Shown: in pieces, positions 25,694 through 31,950 of the stretch
Numbering within the stretch: position 1 is the stretch's first letter
Layout: every line of letters starts with the position of its first letter
Translations under genes and position numbers: made by a program
Source of the DNA: a virus
Lineage: Duplodnaviria; Heunggongvirae; Uroviricota; Caudoviricetes
Strand: one strand, 5' to 3'
IMG/VR virus record: IMGVR_UViG_2654587570_000013
Coordinates: 1 to 35,061 of that record
DNA: 35,061 nt
The notes under the pieces: generated by a model
Seen by the model: the letters and a program-made list of their open reading frames with translations, nothing else
Told to the model about the DNA's origin: nothing
Database searches by the model: none

Positions 25694-27601
25694 TTAGAAC
25701 GATGTTACCCAACTACGGCCTCTATTTGGAGGTCTGACGATGTTTTGACGTTGCGGTCGTGTGATTGGCTTAGTTTCTTCGATTTGCTCGTTAGATTGCG
25801 ATTTAGGAGCTTTTACGGGTTCTTCGACAACGCGGTTTAAGCTGTCTTTCATTGCAATGAGTTTATCCCATGACATTTTTGAAAGGACGTAGCGAGAAGC
25901 CGCATAGCTATAAACCAGACAGTCGAGAGCCTCGTTTCGGGTACTACCTGGATTTTTCACCCAACGCACGCCAGTAGTAGTACGCTTGATGGATTCACTC
26001 AAAAGCTGATCGAGATAATCATCAGGAACGGTTTCTGATATCTCTAAACCAATATGAGGATTGTCTTTCAGGTTTCTAACCAGCATTTCACGAACAGCAG
26101 ATTTACCAACGTTAACACCCAGCATAAGCAATTCATGACCACCTGTGCGGGTAGGTTTAACCGGAATCACTGGAGCATTACCAGATGAACTACCTTTGAT
26201 CGCGTGTAGGTTCTTCCACTTACCGCAAATACGGTATCCGGCTTGAGTGAATCGACCGTTCGATGTATCAAGGAAGCTGGCGAGCATAGGAACACGATCA
26301 CCCGATACAGTAGTAAATTTGGTTTTATGGAAGTTGATTAATCTATCCCATACAGGGGATTCATATCGTTCACAGTTATGATCGTAAAAGCTGCGGTGAT
26401 CCAGAATGTAAACCTTATCTTTCGCTACACCTAAGATGGTAGTTTCTGCGCGATCTAATTGCTGGTCAGTACCCGCACATAAGAAAATCACGTCATCAGG
26501 GATATTCTCGATAGAAACATCTGTTTTGAGTTGTTCCAGTTCATTTGCTTCTACTGCCGTGTCCTGATCGTCGTATACCTTGCCTAACACGGTGTTAAAA
26601 AAGGATTGTAAATCAAAGGATTGCCACGCATGACTAAAATCAACCACACAAGCGCGAATCGTGCTGAAAGGTGAATACAGACGACTGATCCAGAATCCTG
26701 CTACCTCACTTTCACGGGTTGCTCTCCACTCTCCTTGTGCTACTGCCCTGATTCGTTCCCCTTCTGTCCATGCGTTCTTACAGTGGGGGCAAATATAACG
26801 AGCGGTATCAGGATCGGGTAAGTTCTTACCATCAATGTTACGCCATTCAAATTGAACGTTTTCCCACTCGATCACCTGGTGTCTACCGCAATGAGGACAC
26901 GGAACAAAAAACATACGCATATCGCTTGATAACCATTGCTGGTTAATGCTTCCCAGCTTACTGGTCGGGGTACTGGATACGACTAATCGACCTTCATCGC
27001 CAAAGGTAGTTAAACGGTTAGCAGCCAGTGCCACCGGATCACCTTCTTCTGAGGCTGTGGCAGCATCAATTTCGTCAAGTAATCCAACCTTTGCGGTCTT
27101 ACCACGTAGGGTTGATGGGCTGGTAAGCGATACCATGTACAGGAAGTGATTCGTTTTTAACTGGAGTTGGTTGTTGTTGTTAACCGCGTTGCGATCATTC
27201 TTGTCTGTAACCACGTCTTTCAATGCATCACATGCTTCGATAGACGGTCGGATCTTACCCGCGAGATATTGAGACATTTCTTTAGCGGTTGATTGTCCGA
27301 TAATCATATTGCATGGATCGTTAGCCATCTGGTTAAACAGGATACCGTTTAGGATGGTAGTTTTTCCGATCTGCGCACTGGTCATCAGTACATACTTTTT
27401 CTTATTCTCAAGGAAAGGAGCATCAATCATGCCTTTCTGGAATGACAGCAATTTAACTTTATCCCCCGCTTGAGGACCATCTACCAGCACCATATTCGCT
27501 TCGCACCATTCAGACGGAAGGAGCTTAGGCGGTGGAGTGATATATTTTGCGGCATTTTTAAGAATCTTTTTTAATTTTGCCTTATTAGAAATCAGTTTCA
27601 T
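25694..27601 (-). CDS. terL: terminase large subunit, lambda GpA-type (635 aa)
   Basis: Walker [10 protein letters not shown] and Walker B GLLDEID. The paired Cys motifs CPHCGRHQ...[10 protein letters not shown] are typical of GpA-family terminases. The size (635 aa) fits lambda gpA. Confidence 0.9.
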   Translation of the reverse strand: MKLISNKAKLKKILKNAAKYITPPPKLLPSEWCEANMVLVDGPQAGDKVKLLSFQKGMIDAPFLENKKKYVLMTSAQIGKTTILNGILFNQMANDPCNMIIGQSTAKEMSQYLAGKIRPSIEACDALKDVVTDKNDRNAVNNNNQLQLKTNHFLYMVSLTSPSTLRGKTAKVGLLDEIDAATASEEGDPVALAANRLTTFGDEGRLVVSSTPTSKLGSINQQWLSSDMRMFFVPCPHCGRHQVIEWENVQFEWRNIDGKNLPDPDTARYICPHCKNAWTEGERIRAVAQGEWRATRESEVAGFWISRLYSPFSTIRACVVDFSHAWQSFDLQSFFNTVLGKVYDDQDTAVEANELEQLKTDVSIENIPDDVIFLCAGTDQQLDRAETTILGVAKDKVYILDHRSFYDHNCERYESPVWDRLINFHKTKFTTVSGDRVPMLASFLDTSNGRFTQAGYRICGKWKNLHAIKGSSSGNAPVIPVKPTRTGGHELLMLGVNVGKSAVREMLVRNLKDNPHIGLEISETVPDDYLDQLLSESIKRTTTGVRWVKNPGSTRNEALDCLVYSYAASRYVLSKMSWDKLIAMKDSLNRVVEEPVKAPKSQSNEQIEETKPITRPQRQNIVRPPNRGRSWVTSF

Positions 27602-27644
27602 GTAATTACCCTCATTACGAAATATGAAGGTATTTATTAAATTA

Positions 27645-27672
27645 TTGATATTTTGATAAATACGGGTATTAA
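27645..27672 (+). promoter_or_regulatory. candidate sigma70 promoter for the rightward 198-aa gene
   Basis: TTGATA-N16-TATTAA, about 17 nt upstream of the AAGGAGG RBS. Confidence 0.4.
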
Positions 27673-27688
27673 GATTTAAGGAGGGTGT

Positions 27689-28285
27689 ATGCTAATTAAT
27701 CAGCAAGAAAGAGATGAATTAGCCTTGTCTTGTACCGATCATGAATATCGTTTACCCGTTAAGCATAAGCATTTAAAAACCGATTACACAACATCTGGGT
27801 TTAGCCGTGAGGAAGCGAAAGAGATTTTAATAGAATTTTACCGTGATAATGGCTATAGAGACGTTCATAACTTCTTTAAGAAGCATCGCACATCACAGAC
27901 AGAGTTTCAGCGAGTCCGTGAGTGGTTTGATTTTGATATCAAGCGTTATTATCGCATTGATGACGGTCCTATCTATCGGTTGCAGTGGAAGCCGATCAGG
28001 GAAGTGTTGAAACAGAAGAGATTGAATCACGCAATTACACGCTATCGTAACGAGGCTTTCAAGAAAGGCTATGGTGATACAAGGGAACTATTCGTTGAAC
28101 TCGCTAACGTGAAGTACAGCCACTATTACAACGATCCTAAAGGGTTCTTTGAAGTGCTTCGCAAGGTTGATATAAGTCGGGGTACATATTATTCACGGTT
28201 GAAGAAGTACGGGATTAAGGCAGAGTTCTTTATGTCGGTTGACGATGGAGAACTTTTTCCGATAAAATGTAAGTCCTCTAAATAA
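27689..28285 (+). CDS. tandem-HTH-module protein (198 aa)
   Basis: AAGGAGG RBS. It contains two copies of the module also found singly in the 77-aa and 59-aa proteins (FYRDNGY..FFKK...FQRVREWF and [27 protein letters not shown]). Confidence 0.6.
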   Translation: MLINQQERDELALSCTDHEYRLPVKHKHLKTDYTTSGFSREEAKEILIEFYRDNGYRDVHNFFKKHRTSQTEFQRVREWFDFDIKRYYRIDDGPIYRLQWKPIREVLKQKRLNHAITRYRNEAFKKGYGDTRELFVELANVKYSHYYNDPKGFFEVLRKVDISRGTYYSRLKKYGIKAEFFMSVDDGELFPIKCKSSK

Positions 28286-28314
28286 AGGTGAACATTCACT
28301 TTAATTTGGAGAAA

Positions 28315-28548
28315 ATGACTATGACTACTAAAGCTACTCGCGGTCGCCCTACCCGTTTTAATCGTGAACAGATGGCTGATATTGCCTACGCTTACTATAC
28401 AGCGGATCGTGGTAAGGAAGCGAAAGAACAGATTCTTAGTGAACATGGGATCTCAATCGCCCAATTCTATAAGAATATGAAGAAGTTAGACATTAAATTC
28501 TATGTTCAGATCGGTGATGGTCAGATCGTAGAAGCAACAGGTTTTTGA
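28315..28548 (+). CDS. small HTH DNA-binding protein (77 aa; alternative start 28321)
   Basis: ATRGRPTRFNREQMADIAYAYY...GISIAQFYKNMKKLDIK is paralogous to the 31655..31834 product. The GGAG position favours ATG 28321. Confidence 0.6.
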   Translation: MTMTTKATRGRPTRFNREQMADIAYAYYTADRGKEAKEQILSEHGISIAQFYKNMKKLDIKFYVQIGDGQIVEATGF

Positions 28549-28556
28549 TTCTCTTT

Positions 28557-28580
28557 GCCACTCTTCGGAGTGGCTTTTTT
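28557..28580 (+). terminator. intrinsic terminator
   Basis: GCCACTC-TTCG-GAGTGGC followed by TTTTTT. Confidence 0.75.
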
Positions 28581-28626
28581 GTATGTAAAACAATCGGCGC
28601 AAAACTGCGCTCATCTCTAAGTTGAG

Positions 28627-28666
28627 TCCAAATCTGGACTGATCTATAGATGCATCCAAATCTGGA
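28627..28666. repeat. 40-bp quasi-palindromic site: TCCAAATCTGGA - ctg - ATCTATAGAT - gca - TCCAAATCTGGA
   Basis: Two identical 12-mers (28627-28638 and 28655-28666) flank a perfect 10-bp palindrome (28642-28651). The site lies in the gap between convergent terminators. Confidence 0.6.
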
Positions 28667-28700
28667 GGGATGTGCTTAACTTTCAGCGCATCTACAGATA

Positions 28701-28726
28701 CAAAAAAGCCCCTGAAATTCAGGGGC
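28701..28726 (-). terminator. intrinsic terminator after the Rha-like gene
   Basis: Minus strand reads GCCCCTGAA-T-TTCAGGGGC followed by TTTTTTG. Confidence 0.7.
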
Positions 28727-28734
28727 AAAAATTA

Positions 28735-29577
28735 TTACAGTCCGAAGGCTTCCAGAGTTCCGATATTCTTACGAATCAGTGCAGCCGTATTGTTGATAAT
28801 TGCACGAGCATTGTTTGGCTGCGGTAATTTCAAAGTTGCTACCGTCTCTTCCTCAATCAAGCCCAATTTAACCAGCACTGGTAAACAGTCAGTTGTGAAC
28901 TCAAGCTGACCATGTGCTGATTGTCGAGCGTACATGTAAGCAGGAGGAAGAACATCATAGCCGTTAGGCTTACCAGAAGCATCCAGACGACGCTCAATGT
29001 GTTTAGCCTCACATAATCCCTTAAGAATACGTTGTACCTTCGTAGAGCCTCGTTTTTCGCCTAATAAGCGGGTGAGACTGTGTGCGTCAATGGCACGTCT
29101 GATGTGGAGATCAACTAAACGTTTATTTTCGCGGGTTTTCTCTAATGCCAGTTCGATCCAATCGGTTTCTTCAAAGTGTTCATATGGATTAACCGGAACA
29201 TTAGCTTTACCTTCTTTCATCAAACGCCATTCTTTAGCAATTTTGAAGCGAAGCGGTGCATCGTATCCCATAACCAGAGTATTACAGAGATCTTCATCCA
29301 GTTCATACATCGGTTTATTACGATTCAGAGAATCTTTATAAGTCGTTTCTTTATAAAAACCGATGGGCGCAAAATTGCGCTCATCTCCTCCGACCAGTTT
29401 GCTACCCTTTTCAAGCGAATCAACCATATTACGAAAATCACGCATAACATCTTTATGATTCTTTCCGGTTAATTCCGCGATCTGCAAAGTAGACATGGTC
29501 AGCGGTTTGGTGTTATCAACAACCAGAGACACGGAAGCAGGTTTAATAGCAGTATTCATAGTAGTAACAGTATTCAT
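28735..29577 (-). CDS. rha: Rha-family phage regulatory protein / antirepressor-like (280 aa)
   Basis: LTMSTLQIAELTGKNHKDVMRDFRNMVDSL matches the conserved Rha N-terminal motif as I remember it. AAGGGGG RBS. Confidence 0.75.
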   Translation of the reverse strand: MNTVTTMNTAIKPASVSLVVDNTKPLTMSTLQIAELTGKNHKDVMRDFRNMVDSLEKGSKLVGGDERNFAPIGFYKETTYKDSLNRNKPMYELDEDLCNTLVMGYDAPLRFKIAKEWRLMKEGKANVPVNPYEHFEETDWIELALEKTRENKRLVDLHIRRAIDAHSLTRLLGEKRGSTKVQRILKGLCEAKHIERRLDASGKPNGYDVLPPAYMYARQSAHGQLEFTTDCLPVLVKLGLIEEETVATLKLPQPNNARAIINNTAALIRKNIGTLEAFGL

Positions 29578-29666
29578 AGTAAAATCCCCCTTAAACGGTT
29601 TAGTGATGATCCTCCTAGTTCCGGCATCACTACCGGAACAATTTTATTTATAAAGAAATTTTTATC

Positions 29667-29813
29667 TCATTTAGATTCAGCAATCGCGCGATCAATTTCT
29701 TCTTGAATGCGACGCTGGCGTTCATGGAAGTCAACCATTGAGAAATTCAGGTTTGGGGTCCACGGTTTGCGGTTCGGGTTTTTACGTCCATCAATTTTCT
29801 TAGTAGTGTTCAT
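29667..29813 (-). CDS. small basic protein (48 aa)
   Basis: Hand-read ORF with an AAGAGGA RBS 8 nt upstream. Sequence MNTTKKIDGRKNPNRKPWTPNLNFSMVDFHERQRRIQEEIDRAIAESK. It is the first gene after the 29872-29900 promoter. Confidence 0.45.
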   Translation of the reverse strand: MNTTKKIDGRKNPNRKPWTPNLNFSMVDFHERQRRIQEEIDRAIAESK

Positions 29814-29871
29814 AATTAACATCCTCTTTACAAATCTAGGTCAAATAGGTTCAAAGTTGTCAAGTGCGATA

Positions 29872-29900
29872 ATCATAAAAAAGTTAGAAAATTTTGTCAA
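29872..29900 (-). promoter_or_regulatory. strong sigma70-type promoter (leftward)
   Basis: Minus strand reads TTGACA (29900-29895), a 17-nt spacer, then TATGAT (29877-29872). Confidence 0.6.
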
Positions 29901-29935
29901 TGCCCCTTGACAAGCCACCAAAGGGTTGACCTAAC

Positions 29936-30394
29936 TTACAGCATATCTAAGCCTTCATCATGGCCGTAGAAGCCACCGTGAGAAGAGAAACAGATTGGTG
30001 CGTAGTCGTCGTCATCTTCGTCTTGTTCATCTTGTTCTGGGGCTTCCTGAGCGGGTTGTTTGCCGTAATCAGCCATAATCTGGTCAAGATCAGCGATCCC
30101 ATAGTAAGAGCCTAAATCAACGTCATATTCACGAACATCAAACGGCAGGTCATCACGAACAATAATTGCTGGAATATCGTTGTATTGAAGACGACCTTCA
30201 TCAGTAAGACAGTCGATGATCACAGTAGGACGACCATTTCGTTTTAAAGCGTAGAAAGCAGTTGAGTAGTTGGAGTCTTCGGAATGACGAATGATGTTAT
30301 AACCACGATTAGCGAAAACTTCTAGCATATGGAAGTTACCATAGTTTTCAGAGTCCAGACCCAGAAGTACGAAAGGAGTTTTAGTATTGATCAT
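29936..30394 (-). CDS. hypothetical early protein with acidic C-terminal tract (152 aa from ATG 30394)
   Basis: AGAGGA RBS before MINTKTPF. The N-terminal alpha/beta-like domain is followed by EAPEQDEQDEDDDDY. It is the first gene leftward of the ORF-free control region. Confidence 0.6.
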   Translation of the reverse strand: MINTKTPFVLLGLDSENYGNFHMLEVFANRGYNIIRHSEDSNYSTAFYALKRNGRPTVIIDCLTDEGRLQYNDIPAIIVRDDLPFDVREYDVDLGSYYGIADLDQIMADYGKQPAQEAPEQDEQDEDDDDYAPICFSSHGGFYGHDEGLDML

Positions 30395-30593
30395 AGTGGT
30401 ATCCTCTAAAAGAAAGTGAATCAAACAAATTACACTAGTATTTATACGAGAAAAAAATATCTATTTGGAAGTGATTGGATTCAGTCGGCTTCGCCTCCTT
30501 CATGATTTTGATTAAATCATCATCAAAACGAAGGAGTATCTTTAGAATATAAGAATCTTTCTTTTGGAGAAATAATAATCAGGAAGCAATTTG

Positions 30594-30837
30594 GCAACCG
30601 AAGGTTGCAATCCCGAAGGGATACCAATACCTTTCTAGAAAGTGATTGTTACTCACTTCGTTCGTTTACTAGAATCAGTTAGTAACTAGCATTAAATCCC
30701 TTTCTAAGAAAATCCTTTCAAAAGTGAGTGAACGCCGTAGGCGTGAACGTGAGCGAAGCGAACTATCCAATCCCTTTCGAATCCTGCTTGCAGGTCTTAG
30801 AAGGTGTTGATGGGCGCTTCGCGCACGGCTACGCCGT
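30594..30837. repeat. field of GC-clamped mini-hairpins with 3-nt loops
   Basis: GCAACC-GAA-GGTTGC (30594-30608), ATCCC-GAA-GGGAT (30610-30622), ACGCC-GTA-GGCGT (30732-30744), GC-GAA-GC (30753-30759), GCGC-TTC-GCGC (30814-30824) and ACGGC-TAC-GCCGT (30825-30837). A perfect palindrome CTTTCTAGAAAG sits at 30631-30642. Confidence 0.7.
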
Positions 30838-30967
30838 ATTCTTTTTGCGAGATCTTTCTTGAACGTAGTGAGAGAAAACGAGCAAAAAGGAGAACGTTAG
30901 TTCGAATTTTATATTCTATGGTCTGTGGGGTGAAATGTTTTTCAAGATCATACACTTATGAGATTGA

Positions 30968-31092
30968 AGTGTAGGGTTAGTGTAGGTGTGTAGGTTTCAT
31001 AGTGTAGGTTTGAGGGTGTTATAGTGTAGGTTTACTGGCTAGTGTAGTGTAGGCCAATCCCTTTAAAGTGTAGGTTTGTAGTGTAGGGTTTT
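30968..31092 (+). repeat. iteron array: 8 direct copies of (A)GTGTAGG(TTT)
   Basis: GTGTAGG starts at 30969, 30980, 30988, 31002, 31024, 31047, 31068 and 31081, all in the same orientation. Three copies are exactly AGTGTAGGTTT. Confidence 0.85.
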
Positions 31093-31093
31093 C

Positions 31094-31110
31094 ATCAAAA
31101 ATTTTGATAG
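31094..31110. repeat. AT-rich palindrome ATCAAAAATTTTGAT; 15-mer CAAAAATTTTGATAG repeated at 31245-31259
   Basis: The 15-nt palindrome is perfect. The identical 15-mer occurs at 31096-31110 and 31245-31259. Confidence 0.7.
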
Positions 31111-31195
31111 AAAATTCTTGTATATTATTTAATCAGAAAATCACCAAAAATCGCGGTAACTGCATGATTTAAAAGGAATGGTCAAAAGGTCACCG

Positions 31196-31204
31196 TGCTA
31201 TAAT
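31196..31204 (+). promoter_or_regulatory. candidate extended -10 promoter (TGcTATAAT)
   Basis: TGCTATAAT is a perfect extended -10 element. No good -35 is present. Confidence 0.4.
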
Positions 31205-31284
31205 AGGTTATAAAGGTTGATAATCGTTATCCGCCATTTTCACACAAAAATTTTGATAGTCTTTTCTCGTTTAGGTCAAGTGTA

Positions 31285-31313
31285 TTGACAACTGTCAAGG
31301 ATTATTTTATACT
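31285..31313 (+). promoter_or_regulatory. strong sigma70-type promoter (rightward)
   Basis: TTGACA (31285-31290), a 17-nt spacer, then TATACT (31308-31313). Confidence 0.65.
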
Positions 31314-31447
31314 TTTTATCGCTGGTGGGGGTTGAAATTTTCTAAACAGCCCCCATATAGATGATAAGCAAGATTTTTCGTGTATAAATACATGCATGAA
31401 ATGATTGTTCACTTCTGAAAATCCCCTGATTCACTGTTAACACATAC

Positions 31448-31475
31448 AGCACTGGTTAAACACACAGTGCTTTTT
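31448..31475 (+). terminator. intrinsic terminator inside the rightward leader
   Basis: AGCACTG / 10-nt loop / CAGTGCT followed by TTTT, about 155 nt downstream of the predicted start. Confidence 0.65.
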
Positions 31476-31533
31476 CGATTAAATAATGTACGAAATGATT
31501 AATTATTAATCTTCTCTTTAGCAATTCGTGCTC

Positions 31534-31559
31534 CCACTGATCGGATATACAGTGGTTTT
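31534..31559 (+). terminator. second hairpin with U-tract in the leader
   Basis: CCACTG / 10-nt loop / CAGTGG followed by TTTT. It has the same CACTG...CAGTG design as the first. Confidence 0.45.
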
Positions 31560-31654
31560 ACAGGGTTTTCTGAAATGACTTTTATAAATAGAAGTATCGA
31601 GGGCGAAAAGCTCTTTTTATTGTCCTTATTAATCCACATTTGAGGAATCTACTT

Positions 31655-31834
31655 ATGGCTAGACCTGTTAAGTTTACTCGTGAAATGATTGTTGATATTG
31701 CTAAACGCTTTTATGGCGATACTGAACGAGGCGGCGAGAATTTCTTTAAGAAGGAAGGAATTGATAGAAGCGGATTCTATAAGTTAATGAAGAAATACGA
31801 AATTCAGATAAAGATTAACGTTCAAGTTTGTTAA
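31655..31834 (+). CDS. small HTH DNA-binding protein (59 aa)
   Basis: GAGGA RBS 8 nt before ATG 31655. MARPVKFTREMIVDIAKRFY...GIDRSGFYKLMKKYEIQ is paralogous to the 28315..28548 product. Confidence 0.6.
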   Translation: MARPVKFTREMIVDIAKRFYGDTERGGENFFKKEGIDRSGFYKLMKKYEIQIKINVQVC

Positions 31835-31950
31835 TCCACTTTCACTGAGAATTATATGATGGCTTTAAAAATAAAAAGCCTCCCTTGTTGCAGCAAAGGA
31901 GGCTTGAAATGAACAATTAAAACTAACACAGCATTCAGGAGTATTTATAA

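Noticed and set aside
29707-29910. Plus-strand 67-aa ORF.
   Set aside because: It overlaps the RBS-supported 48-aa minus-strand gene and the leftward promoter. It has no RBS and an implausible sequence.
30776-30907. tRNA-like T-loop strings TTCGAATCC (30776-30784) and GTTCGAAT (30900-30907).
   Set aside because: The flanks do not form T-stems, and no acceptor, D or anticodon arms can be drawn. I found no cloverleaf anywhere in the ORF-free region.
30968-31092. Possible CRISPR array or ToxI-like repeat RNA.
   Set aside because: The repeats are only 7-11 nt with irregular 8-23 bp spacing and no spacer-like unique segments of constant length. This fits protein-binding iterons, not CRISPR or a processed repeat RNA.
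31225-31233. DnaA boxes and IHF sites in the AT-rich part of the control region.
   Set aside because: Only imperfect matches are present (TTATCCGCC is 7/9, CTATCCAAT at 30763 is 6/9). No clean WATCAANNNNTTR site exists. This is too weak to call.
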